From the human T2T-CHM13v2.0 reference genome, Homo sapiens, in NCBI RefSeq assembly GCF_009914755.1, contig NC_060928.1: DNA of 64,000 nt. One strand, written 5' to 3'. Below the pieces are notes generated by a model. It was given only the letters and a program-made list of their open reading frames with translations, did no database searches and was not told where the DNA came from. Shown one piece after another: positions 45,200 to 57,849 of this stretch. How positions within the stretch are numbered: the first letter of the stretch is position 1; every line of letters begins with the position of its first letter. The translations under genes and the position numbers were made by a program.

Positions 45200-46900
45200 A
45201 TAATAATGATATTTCATCTTTGCAATTTGATTAATTGTAGTATTTACCTACATGGTTTTATTCTTTCCATATTATTTAACATGTCTTAAGTTTTATTGTT
45301 TCTTCTTTTGTCTTCTAGTATATGTTCTTTAGGCCTATTATTTTTCAGTCCTGTCCATTTATTTCTGCTTGTTAATTTAAAAGTTCTATACATATGATAT
45401 TATATTGCACAGTTATCTTCCTCTGCTTTTAACCTCTAGTTAAACATATATTTCTCTATTTTTGAAAACAATATTATATTTTCCCATAAATATAGTGATT
45501 CTCAAATCCTGATTTTTTTTCCTACTCTACCCCCACCTTACTCCCCAACTGCAATTTCAGTCCAAGAGACAGGAAGAATACGTTTACTTGTCTCCTGCCC
45601 ACCCTTCTCCCTCTCCTTTATCAAATGAAATAATTGGATTATTTTTATTTTGCTGCCACCTCACACCTATGGAATATCTAGCTTTCCTTGGAGCCTGTTA
45701 TTTATTGGGTTTTGGGCCATTATTAGAATTTGCTTTGAAGTATATCCTGCTCTTTCAATGTTTTTCTTTATAATTTATGTCATATATTCTTGGAGCATAC
45801 ATCATTATGTGTGTTTACGTGTGTGTGTGTGTGTGCATTTATTGGAGGAGGTACAAGAGTCAGAATTTGTGGTTACTTCTTCCTCTATCTTGTTGAGGTG
45901 TCTGTTTCAGGTCATTTGTTGTGTGGTTACACTCCTCTGTCACTTTACTCAGATGAATTATCTGTGTGGCTTGCTTTACTGTACAAAGTCTACATCATTA
46001 ATACTGTATATTGCTCAAATAAGAAAATTGTGTGATCCAGACTAGGATTCCAGTCTTGAAGTCCTATTCTCTCAGGGGTCTATAAAATCTATGGCTACTG
46101 CCTTCTAGTTTCAAATGTAGCACAGGATAACCCCAATTCGATCTCTTCATTTTGTTTCCAACCTTTCATATCTACCCAGATGCCCATAAGCTTTCTTCTC
46201 TGTTTTCCCAGTTCAGTAGTTTCTGTAGGATAGATCCAGGTGGAGGTTTATCTCATCAACCCAGTCCTGTCTGTGGTTTGTTCTTTCAACCTGCAGACTC
46301 AAGTGTTTTTTCACTTCAGGAAAACTTCTATTATTTGTTCAATTAATGCATCTCCTTCATTTATTTTTTCTTCCTTTGTAATGCCTATTATCTATATGTT
46401 ACATAACCAGGTCATAGCATTTTATCTTTTCCACCACAATTTTGTCACTTTATATTTTGCTCTATATTTTGAAATTTTGTCTATTTGAATATTTAGTATA
46501 TTTCATTCTCCTCCTATGATTTACATTTCATTTTGTTATTTGGAAAATTGTAGGCTTATAGCTTTTCTTTGGTTCGAGTTGGTTTGTTCTATGTATGAAT
46601 CCCCTTAGTTATCTTGTTAGTTTTCTGTTCACATTATCTCTGTCTATCTCTTTGCAAAAGAGCGTGTATCAAAAAAGCATGGAACAGTCTTTGCTATTTA
46701 AGTAATGGTTTGGTACCTGAGTTTTGCTTGTTTTGTTTTGGAGATCTGTTCTAGTTGGAGAACTTGGGAGTTCTGTACAAAACATTAAAAATAAAATGTT
46801 AACAGGTTAAAAAAAAGAGAATCCTTATTTTTTTTAGTTTGCTTCTCTTTGTTCTGATCTCCCTCTCTCTTACTGTTACATCCCTAATGTGCTATTATCT
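45200..46900 (-). mobile_element. Highly decayed old L1M fragments
   Basis: T-rich reverse L1 ORF1/inter-ORF-like sequence (ggctactgccttctagtttcaaatgtagc, tttttcacttcaggaaaacttct, atgcctattatctatatgtt). Boundaries uncertain. Confidence 0.45.
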
Positions 46901-46936
46901 TCTATCCTCAGTTTCCACACACTCTGGATGTCCCAT

Positions 46937-47302
46937 TGTACTAGGCCGTTTTCATGCTGCTGATAAAGACATACCTGAGACTGGGCAATTTACAAAAGAA
47001 AGAGGTTTATTGGACTTACAGTTCCACATGGCCGGGGAGTACTCACAATCATGGTAAAAGCCAAAAAAGAGCAAGTCACATCTTATGTGGATGGCAGCAG
47101 ACAAAGAGAGAGCTTGTGCAAAGAAACCCCCATTTTTAAAACCAGCAGATCTCGTGAGACCCATTCACTATCACGAGAACAACACAGGAAAGACCCACCT
47201 TCATGTTTCAGTCATCTCCCACTGGGTCCCTCCCACAACATGTGGGAATTATGGGAGCTGCAGGGTGAGATTTGGGTGGGGACACAGAGCCAAACCGTAT
47301 CA
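46937..47302 (-). mobile_element. THE1 (THE1A-like) MaLR solo LTR
   Basis: tgtactaggccgttttcatgctgctgataaagacatacctgagactggg...gagatttgggtggggacacagagccaaaccgtatca; 5-bp TSD cccat / cccac. Confidence 0.95.
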
Positions 47303-47550
47303 CCCACCCATCTAGCAGAAGCCTAGAAACATTAACTTAAAGAAAATAGACTTGAAGTTGATAGCAGAAAATAAAGTATTTATGTTTCATTCACCATCTT
47401 ATCAAGTTCTCCGTATTGCTGCCTTCGTACACTGACATAAAATATTTTGTTTGTTTTCTGTAGGGATTTTAGAAAAATAATCAAAAGTTAATACAAATGA
47501 TTTTAAAATAAAGCAAAAATTATATTTGGATATGAATTTCAATGGGTTTC

Positions 47551-47658
47551 TAGGTGCAGCAAACTACCATGGCACATGTTTACCTGTGTAACAAGCCTGC
47601 ACGTCCTGCACAAGTATCTCGAAAATTAAAATAAAATTAACTTAAAAATAAAATAAAA
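47551..47658 (+). mobile_element. L1PA (PA8-13-like) 3' tip
   Basis: taggtgcagcaaactaccatggcacatgtttacctgtgtaacaagcctgcacgtcctgcac plus A-rich tail. Confidence 0.88.
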
Positions 47659-47924
47659 TTCACTAACGTAATAGAAAAAAAGAATATAAATTGCATTGAC
47701 ATACATTCATAATGCAAATCTTTCACTCAGTGTTTGCTTAGGCATAGACAAGATACCTATTAACAAATATAAACACGCATACAGACAATAGAGCATTTAC
47801 TTCTAGAGAATTGAGGTAAATATCACATAACAAGTTTTTTTGTATCTGGGACTTAGAAAAGTGCTCCTTAATTTTAAAAATACTTTTAATAACATATTTT
47901 TATAGATTTCCCTCTCTCAGAGTG

Positions 47925-47926
<2 letters not shown>

Positions 47927-47955
<29 letters not shown>
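47927..47955. repeat. (TG)n microsatellite
   Basis: About 14 TG units. Confidence 0.95.
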
Positions 47956-47957
<2 letters not shown>

Positions 47958-48110
47958 ATTGGAGGGGGTACAAGAGTCAGAATTAAGAAAATTAATTAAG
48001 AAAATATTGCATTACTTGCTTTGAATTTCAGAACTACTAGATCATGGAAGCAAGTTCTGATTTACTCAGTACATTTACTCAGTACATCCCGAGATACTAC
48101 TTCAATTCTT

Positions 48111-48402
<292 letters not shown>

Positions 48403-49189
48403 TACTTCAATTCTTATAATGCGTTGGGGTGATAATAGTAACAGGAGTACTGCTACAAAGTCATGGTAATCTAATAAATGAACTAAATGGCCAATTACCC
48501 AACTGAGGGAGCCACCACACTCAAAATTATGTTAACATACCTGGAATAATTTTAGACCTAGTTCATTATTAAAGAAATGGAATTCTAGTTGTTCTTGAGT
48601 ACTTATATCCTTTATTATTCATTTAACAATATGTCTATTGAAAATGTCACTCCCTTCATTTTTTGAAATACTATGCTTAAGATCAAAGTGAAAATATCTT
48701 ACTTCTATTGTGTATACAACTAAGATAAAAGTTTAACCAAGTATTACTTTTAGCTATCATTTTTAGGTTTGCTTTTGTTTTAAAATAATTTTCCTTCCTT
48801 AAACTGTGGTTCAATTTCACTTTCCTGTTTCCTTCTTCTGGTTTTATTCCTTTGTCCAAGTGTCTTGAGTGGCAGTGAGAACTTAAGGCTCTGTTGGCTC
48901 TTGATTATGTGCAAGAAGCAAGAAGCCCATCTTCCACCCTTCAATTCTATTGTTCTTAATCAGCATTATACATAATGCAAGGACAAGAAGGAAAATAAGA
49001 CTATAGCTCAGATCCCGAGATAGAACAATGTAATTTATGAGGTCAAACTGCTTTAATAGCACAGTGGTAAAGAAAAATCAGCAATAAGTTGTTCTCTGCA
49101 GGCAATGGAGAAATTGGAGATAGGACCCAGTACTTGTAGTAGTGGTGCCTGGATCAGTGTAAACCCTCCAAGGTTAGCTATTAGCTTTA

Positions 49190-49380
49190 TTATAGTAGCT
49201 AATATTTATTGGATGTTTATTACATGCCAGGCATTGTGATACGTGTTTTATATTTTTCCTCATTATAACCTTTGAAGCTACTTGATAATTTTATTTGCAT
49301 CCTTTTATAGTTTATGAACAGTAAAGCAAGAATTCAAATCTGGGTATTCTGAATTCTGCTCTTTCCTCATTGCTGGTATG
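49190..49380 (-). mobile_element. MIR relic
   Basis: tagctaatatttattggatgtttattacatgccaggcattgtg...gaattcaaatctggg. Confidence 0.6.
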
Positions 49381-49859
49381 ATACAGTTTCTTCATCATCA
49401 TCAGTGATGAAGACAGGATAGTGGGGAACTTGTGGATTTCATTCTGTTTCTATTCTATTGCCATGAATGGATACAGTGAAGATACACAGAGGTAGAGCAA
49501 TGGAGCTCACTTTGTCTTCAGTCCTGCAGTCCCTGGGAGATGAATAGGAACAGGTATATTTTCCTGAAAATGAGAAGTACCTATGGGTAAGACCAGTCAC
49601 AGAAGTATGAAACATCAAGATAATATCTAAATAACTTAAAACTTAATTATACTTTTCATTTTACTTAAACTTTTAACTTTGAAGACCAATGAGAATCTTG
49701 CAAAGAAATCAACTTCCAAAATATTCCCAATGAGAAATTTAGAATTTCTCATTTGAGAAGTTTGGCTTAGGCCAAACTACCAGCATGTTATATCTCCTGC
49801 TAATTTTCTCTTTTAATTCCTCAAATTCAATGTGTATTCAAAGGCAAGTTTGTGTGTAC

Positions 49860-49862
<3 letters not shown>

Positions 49863-49893
<31 letters not shown>
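49863..49893. repeat. (TG)n microsatellite
   Basis: About 15 TG units followed by TA/CA low-complexity sequence. Confidence 0.95.
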
Positions 49894-49896
<3 letters not shown>

Positions 49897-51266
49897 CACA
49901 CATATATATGCATATATATGTAAATGGATGGGTGAATGAATGTGCACATAACAGTTTAGTTAATAATCCCATGTATATACTAAAGTTGTCAATGATTCCC
50001 AGGAGGACTTTATGAATATTCAGTAGAGTTTCATATTTTACAATAAAAATCTGCGACATGAAGGGCTCTTTCAATACTCTAGTGCTTACTAGTTATGAAT
50101 TAGATAAGTGCTTAGAAGGCTGAAGATAATAAATCTTTATTATCAGCCCACTTACCTTAATTATTTTTATCCTAAGTATGGATACTTTTGAATAATTACA
50201 ATATGACAATTTTCCCACCCAGTAGTTTCTTCTTCTTCTTCTTTTTTTTTTTTTTTTTGATGATTGCTCTTCTGTTGCTTATGTGGAAGATATTCCTTAA
50301 AAGTGAAAAGAAACTTCCAAATAGTAATTTGGATTTTAGTTCAGATTATGCTCAGGGAATAAGTGACTTTTTTCTCATATGCTTGTCTATCTTGGCAGTT
50401 AAATCCATCATCTGGTTTCAGCTATCACTTTTATATCACATCAATTATACCAGATCTTTCTTTACAACTGCCTGCATTGTTCTAACTTGACCTCGATCTC
50501 TCTCAGACATCTCCAACAAAAGCTGTCCAAAATTCAGCTCAACTTAACCTACTTACCACAGTGTTGTTTCTACTATTGACTACATATCATTGGTCAAGCC
50601 CCATTTCTTCTGGCAAATTTTTTCTAAGTGACTTTGCATCAGTTTACATACCCTGCTTATCTTCAAGCACGGTACTTCCAAATGGGTTTATGGTGCCCTA
50701 CTGTTCATTGTGACTAAAGAACTAATAATCATCATCATACACATGAGGAAAGCTGCAACATGAAAAATAATACAAGACAAACAAGTAGATAAATGGACTT
50801 AGCAGAAACAGAGATAAAGCCAGGAGCAAAATGCATTTTTAAAAAACTATAAAGCCTATTCTCAAGATTAGAATATTAGATATTGAATGCAATAAAGAAA
50901 ATAGGAAGCAATTAAAAAGGGAAAGTTCAGACAAGACCAAAGAGATCTTGGGAATTTAAAATACATTAACAAAAAATTTAAAAATACAATGATAAATGGA
51001 AAAAAAATGAAATCTCTAATGAGATGGAGGAAAAATACAAACAGTATGTGTCTTGGTGGTGGGTACTTGTAGTGAGTGCCTAACAAATTTTACAATTTTT
51101 TTTTTTAGAACTGAAGGACAACTGTTTCTAGATTGATAAGGACCATCAAATGCCTAGTACAATGAATAGAAAAATACCCTAATTATGGTATATCATTGTA
51201 AAATTTCAGACTGTCACAAGTAGAAAATCCCAAAAGTTTCATCAGAAAAAAATACATCCAAACTGT

Positions 51267-51720
51267 TACCAGTCTGCGGCCTGTTAGCCCAGGCCACTCA
51301 ACGTGAGGCGAGTGGCGGGTGAATGAGTGAAGCCTCATATGTATTTACAGCCACTCCCCATGGCTTCCATTTCTGCCTGAGCTCTACCTCCCGTCAGATC
51401 ATGTGAACCACACATGCAAGGGATCTATGTTGTACACTCCTTATGAGAATTTAATGCCTGATGATCTGTCACTGTCTCTCATCACCCCCAGATGGGACTG
51501 TCTAGTTGCAAGAAAACAAGCTCAGGTTTCCCACTGATTCTACATTATGGTGAGTGTATAATTATTTAATTATATATTACAATGGAATAATAATAGAAAT
51601 AACATACACAATGAATGTAATGCATTTGGAACATCCTGAAACCACCCCTCACTCCCTGGTCCATGGAGAAATGATCTTCCACGAAACTGGTCCCTGGTGC
51701 CAAAAAGTTGAGGACTGCTG
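51267..51720 (+). mobile_element. MER1A hAT-Charlie element, left end missing
   Basis: taccagtctgcggcctgttag...ccttatgagaatttaatgcctgatgatctg...tcttccacgaaactggtccctggtgccaaaaagttgaggactgctg. Confidence 0.88.
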
Positions 51721-52475
51721 ATGTACAAGACTTTTCAACAATTGAAAGGTGTCTAGTGACGGTGAAAAGCATTTTTTAACATGTAGAAGGTAAACAATTT
51801 CCATCTTGGACTTCTATACCCTGTAATTAACTATTAATTACATGTGGAAATAGAATGAAGTTCTTTTCAGATACACCAGCTCTCAAACATCCTACTTCCT
51901 CTGCACAGTTTCTCAGGAAATGACAGGAAAGTAGTGTCAAGACAAAAAACAAACAAACAAAAAGATATGGGATGCAGGAAACGTGATCCCAACAAAGGAG
52001 GGAAGTGAAAGCAATTCTTTCTCAGGGTGATGCTTAAGGAGAGTTTTAAGGTGATGTGAAAGGATCCAAATGGCACTATGAAGCATGCCCCCAAAACAAT
52101 CAATCAGATGTGCAGGGTTATCATTTTTAAAGTAATAAAATTGATAAGAACATTAGTAAGTGGTAAACTAATAGATTGCTACATAGTTTTAACCATACTA
52201 TAAAACCCCTTTCCTGTAGTGTTTGGGAGGAATTAGTGCTAAGTACATGGGGGAAAAAAAGTCACACCATCAAAAAGCAAAACAAGACTAACAAAAACTA
52301 AGACTTTTTAACTGAAGGATTTAAGAAGAAAAAGCTATATTTTAAAAGAATCATAATACTGTGCATGGTTCAGTTGTAAATAACATTTTATAGGGACAAA
52401 AATATAAATTATTATTGCTGACTTAGCTAAAAATTGTGGTAGAACTCTATTGGGAGGCTGAGGGGAGAGGAAGCC

Positions 52476-52503
52476 TGTGTGTGTGTGTGTGTGTGTGTGT
52501 GTG
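52476..52503. repeat. (TG)n microsatellite
   Basis: About 14 TG units. Confidence 0.95.
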
Positions 52504-54279
52504 ATGTAAGAAATAAGAGTTAGATCCTCGTTTTTAATACTTTGTAGAAAAGCACTACATGGTGTCTAAAATTGAGAAATCCAGAAATAATAGTTTAACC
52601 ACAGTATTCAGGAATATGGTTGGCAAATACCATAAGAATCAGCCCATGTTGAAAGCAGTTATAAGATTGAGGAGGCTGAATGTTATTAGACTAAAAGTCC
52701 TATTTGACTTGCAAATTATGTTTTATTTGACGACAATGCAAGTCAATAGAAACAAGAAAAAAATTCAGTTTGTTTTTATGAATGCCAAATTAAAACATAC
52801 TTCCAAAGTTAACTTGAAGCTAACAAGACTTTTTTTTTTTCTTTTTTAACTTAGGTTTTGTTGACAACAAATACCTTTCCAACCCTCCAATGGAAGGGTA
52901 CATTAAAAGCATCACTTAACATGATATTAGGCAAATTTAAAATATGCCCTAAATACATTTTTTGGATTGAGCCAACATATTTTTGTACTCAGAGATGTAG
53001 AAAAAGACAGGTAAAATAAAATAGCTCTTGACTTGAATCTTACAAGAAGTCCATGGCCTGCACCCCTTTTTCATCCTCCTAGATCTCTGGCTGTAGGTTT
53101 TTCAGTTCTCTACTCATCCAAATTATCTGCTGCCTTTTTTATTCCTATGAGATCTTATTAAGTGAGTGCCTACAGGATCTGGTAAACAAACTATTTTATG
53201 TAAGCTGCACAAAGTTGCTAATTATAGCATGGTAACTTTACACTGTAGCGTGTTTGCATTCTGACAGATTAGACACTGAAGACAGGGATCGGCCAGTGAG
53301 CATTATGGAAGCTGCATTAGTGTGGGATTTGTTTTTGGCCGGTGGATTCCTCACACCATTCATCTCAAACCTACATGTGGGGCAGGCACCATGTCCTCCT
53401 AATCTCTTTTGTATCATGCTTCTTGAAAGGCACACCGGGGAAGAAATACATCACATTATTTAAAATTAAAGACAGATTACTCTGGAGTAATTTTTTGCTC
53501 AGAAGGTAAGGATTCCTTTATCTTTTAACCTTGCATCCTTTAAGTAGTTACAATGGGATGCTTCATAGCAATCTCTTTCTTTTCTGGCTATTCAGCTTCT
53601 CATGTTACCATTTATTCAATAAATATTCATTGAGTGTCTACATGCCATGGGTTTTGTTGCAAGAACATGAAATACCAGTATCAGAGATCCTGTATAAAGC
53701 AGGAACTCAGAATGAACTTCAAGAGATGACAAATAATAAATAGTGTGACATTAAGTTCAGTATTTAAGACATTAAGTATATTTAATATTTCTTTCTGAGC
53801 ACATTAAACACTTTTAAGTTTCAGAGAAGTGGCATCAAGAGATTTGTTTGAAAGTTTTCTAATTTTTTCCTCTCTGTATGTGCGTTTTTTGTTCTTGATT
53901 TGGAATCCACTGAAGGCATTTGAAGTTAACTATCAACCTCGTTCTATCTGGTAAATCACAAAGAACTCTGCTTTAACAAACAAAGAGAACTTTTCTAAAA
54001 TCTATTTGAAGCATGTGACTGGTGAAATGCTGGGTTGCTATTACTCTCTTTTGAAAAGTCTACTACAATGCTATTTTAGTTGGCTATATATGAAATTGAT
54101 TATTAAAAATATCCTTGGCCCGGGTGCCCAAGGATATATGAATATGGTCAGACTCAGATGTTAGACATTTTGTCAATAAGGAGCTTACCAATTCATAAAC
54201 AGATCTTTAAGACTACAAGTGACACCATACTTAAAAAGAACACATTTTAAAGCAAACATTTCACAAAAATCATATAACT

Positions 54280-55375
54280 TGCTTTTATTTCTAGACAATT
54301 ATAAAAATATAGCAGTCATATAAAAAACCATAAATATAAATGCACAGAGCAATTAAGTATTTGAAAGTGTACCCCTATAGCTATTGCCCCGTGACGAAAC
54401 AGTATGATGCTAGCAGAGTATGCCGAAGGGTCCTGTGCTCCTGTCCCCAGTTGCACTTTCTCCTGTCTAAAAAATAACCTCTACTATGACTTTTATTCAA
54501 TAATATTTATTTTATTCATATGTTCAGGCCTTAAGTTTGCAACCCGACTTTACCACCTAAGAATATATTACTCTTTACTATTTTTTTTTTTTTTTTTGAG
54601 ACAGAGTCTCGCTCTGTCACCCAGGCTGGAGTGCAGTGTCATTATCTCAACTCACCGCAAGCTCCACCTTCTGGGTTCACGCCATTCTCCTGCCTCAGCC
54701 TCCTGAGTAGCTGGGACTACAGGCGTCCACCACCACGCCCGGCTAATTTTTGTATTTTTAGTAGAGACAGGGTTTCACCGTGTTAGCCAGGATGGTCTCC
54801 ATCTCCTGACCTCGTGATCTGCCCACCTTGGCCTCCCAAACTGCTGGGATTACAGGCGTGAGCCACCGCGCCCGGCCCTACTATGTTTTAATTTTGCTGA
54901 TTTTTGAACCTTATATCAATGGAGTCATACAGAATGTATTCTGTTGGTCTACATGATGTTTGTAAGATTTGCACATGTTGGGTATGTGGAGTTACAGCTT
55001 TACATTTTTATTATGTGAAAGTATTCTAATATATAAACACAGTATTTTCCATTTATGAATTTAACTGAGGCACACTCGAGTTGTTTCCATTTCTTGTCTA
55101 CCATAAATAATGCCACAGAGATCATTCTTGCAAATGTCTTCTGGAGCATATGTGAAGTCATTTTTGTTGGGAGTGTACCTTTTAGTAAGTTGTAGGGACT
55201 CACTGATTTGCCTTTAGTAGAAAAGGTCAAACTGTTTTCTAAGGTAGTTGTACCAGTTTACACTCCCATTGGTGATGCATGGGAGTATAGTTTGTTCTGC
55301 ATCCTTGCTAATGTTTAGTATTGCCAGTCCTTTTAGTTTGAACTGCTCTAGTTTGTGTGGTTTTATATATTTCAC
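54280..55375 (-). mobile_element. L1ME-like 3' part, interrupted by an AluY
   Basis: ccttatatcaatggagtcatacagaatgtattct...ttgtttccatttcttg...gtagttgtaccagtttacactccca. Confidence 0.7.
54581..54877 (-). mobile_element. AluY
   Basis: gcaagctcc...gggttcacgccattctcc, accgtgttagccaggatggtctc. Confidence 0.94.
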
Positions 55376-55376
55376 T

Positions 55377-55430
55377 TATTAAATTCAGGCTAGTATTAAA
55401 TTCAGGCTAATATTAAATTCAGGCTAATAT
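55377..55430. repeat. 17-bp tandem repeat x3 (TATTAAATTCAGGCTAR)
   Basis: tattaaattcaggctag tattaaattcaggctaa tattaaattcaggctaa tat. Confidence 0.95.
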
Positions 55431-57203
55431 GTGCTGAAATGTTATTAAATTTAGAAAAGCATCCATTTCTAGCTTTATTACTTTCTCTAAAGTTTAAATT
55501 ACGATAATGCTTGTAAATTATTTAATTTTCAACTCTCAATAAAGGAGCACATCTATTTTCTGAAGTATTTGTCCCTTAATCTGTGTATACCTTTATCAGA
55601 TCAAATGTCATATTTTAGAATGTAAATGTAAATTCAAGAGTACCTGTTAACCTCCCTGTGAGGTATTTTAATTTACTTTGAATCTCTCTCCATTTCATTA
55701 AGGTACTTTTTTATTCTATGCAAATAATTACATGAGGAGAGATAAGTACACAGAACTTTGGTACAGTTTTCTCATTTTGATTTGCCGCACAAATACGTTG
55801 ACATTTTAAAAAGTTGACTGAAGTATCTTTCCATTATATTTCCTGAAGCTGTGGTGGAAAGTTTTATGAATATTTTGCTTCTGATGCTTTTTCAATTGCC
55901 TAGTGATCCTTGATCATCTTTATACTTAGAATAAGGCAATATAAACACACACACACACCCCCACACCCTGTGAACTTTATTTAGGCAGTGAAGTCTTGTT
56001 GTCAAGCAGGCTTTGGGAGCTTTTGCTATGACTTCCTATGGATGTAACGAAACAAAGAAAGCATTGCCTGTCGAGTAACATTTCCCAAGCAAGCTATCCT
56101 AGGTTCCTCAGAACAGTTTCTTCAGTGTTTGTAAGAAATCTTGTTTTTCCCATGGGATAAACATATGACCGTTGAGTATTTTGCAAAACAGTGTAAAGAA
56201 AGGTTGATTAGAGGCTCTTTTCACTTCCCCAACTCACTAGAAACATTCACAGACACGTTCTCATGTTCCCAACCCTGTTTAAGTTTCTATGCTATGCCTT
56301 CCTCTGATAGCTTCAGCAGCCTTAATGTATTCACTAATGATTCATCTTGCAGAGGTGTCTTGAAACAGCTTGCCCTTAACAATTTCTTCTTTAATTACTC
56401 TGTTGTGTGGAGAATCATCTTTTTCCTCCTTTACTGTCCCTTTAATTTTATTTTATTAAAGAGAAGTGACAAACTTATGTTCTCAAAATGCCTTATTTTT
56501 TTTCCATACAGAAACTGATTTGTTTTAGCTTTGGAGGTAGGGAAGACAGAATCAGGCAAATATATTTTTCAGTGAGATTTTGTTTTAACTGTTAAAGGTT
56601 CATAAGAATTTTGACAAACAAGACCCTTCTCACATTTTTAACTTAATATTGTAATGTAGAGCTGTATTTTATTTTGTCACATTATATATGCAATTTTAAT
56701 AAATGTACTTACCAGTTAAAAGGGACAGTGCTTCTTTTTTAAAGTGCATTATTTGTTGCTTATGATGGCAGAGTTACATTTTGTCTCCTAATCTTTTTGA
56801 ACATCTTTCAATTTTTTTTCTATGCTAAACAAGAAAGAAAGTTTTACAGCAGTGTAATTAACCTAACTTTGAACAGTTGCAGGGGATGAATTTGAATATC
56901 TTCGGGGAGTTTTAGGGATGGCTTATCATTGATAACTTTCTCATTTTTCTCCTCTCATTGCTCTACTCGTATGTTACACAAGTAATAATTTAAAGAATTA
57001 CTCATATAAAAGGTTCACATAAAACACAGATGGGATACATGGAGTAACCATGAAAGCAAGCCCCTTTGCCCATACACATGCATGCTGCCTAGGAACCAGC
57101 ACACACATTCTTTCTCTCTCTTCATCCCTCATTCTCTTCCAAGCACCCTCATCAGAGGTGATGGTTTTTATTCATCCTCTACTTTTTCTATACATTTCCA
57201 CTT

Positions 57204-57808
57204 TGAACAAAAGTTCTCTGCAAAGGAATTTGGAGGAAAGAGACTTTACTCCTGTGAACAGTTTGCAAACAGGGGAAACAAGGAGGCTTCAGGGTAAAAT
57301 GAAGCTGTGTTCCAGAGAGCAGAGGGAGGGCTCCGGGTTTCATAGCAAAAGGTTTTGCCTAGGTTCCCAATAAGGCCAGCTTAAGCAAACAAAGGATTGA
57401 AAATTGCTTAGTTCTCATTGGTTGGTGCAGCTGAGTTCTAATTGGTGGATACAGAGGATCCCTGATCAGTTGATGCAGATGAGCTCTAATTGGTTGGTTT
57501 CAAAGCCCAAAACCAGAAGTCTCTGATGTTTCTTTCAAACTGTGGGCGTGAGAGGTGTGAGTGAGGTGAGGGTTAAGGGGGTGTCTGGCCACAGTGTATC
57601 TTGGCATCCAGGGCAGGGAACAATAGGAATAGTTTTGTCTGGTTGTAGAAAGGGAGGTCTACTGATACTTTACAACATTTTTCTGACAACACAGAGTAAG
57701 GTAGTGCTCCCTTACCCAGCTATGGCTGCCTGGTTCTGTTTTCACTTTGAGCACCTCAGCCATGGGAAGTCCATTTGGTCTGTCAGTCAGTGGCAAATTA
57801 ATTTAACA
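57204..57808 (-). mobile_element. ERV1 solo LTR, MER67-like
   Basis: TG...CA ends; cccagctatggctgcctggttctgttttcactttgagcacctcagccatgggaagtccatttggtctgtcag matches the reverse MER67 5' end as recalled; repeated ATTGG boxes. Confidence 0.75.
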
Positions 57809-57849
57809 CCGTATATAATTATTATCTTGTGCAGTTCAAAATGTGTCAT

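Larger units (their letters stand above)
50740..52750 (+). mobile_element. Old L1M/HAL1-like ORF1-region relic
   Basis: A-rich: agagatcttgggaatttaaaa, tttctagattgataaggaccatcaaatgcctagtacaatgaa, aatttccatcttggacttctataccc. Confidence 0.5.

Noticed and set aside
48060-48087. 13-bp tandem duplication, and a 19-bp one at 60361-60397
   Set aside because: Ordinary slippage duplications with only two units.
49510-49592. 65-nt exon-like segment (cttcag| ... TGG|GTAAGA)
   Set aside because: Short pyrimidine tract, no coding signal; expected by chance in 64 kb.
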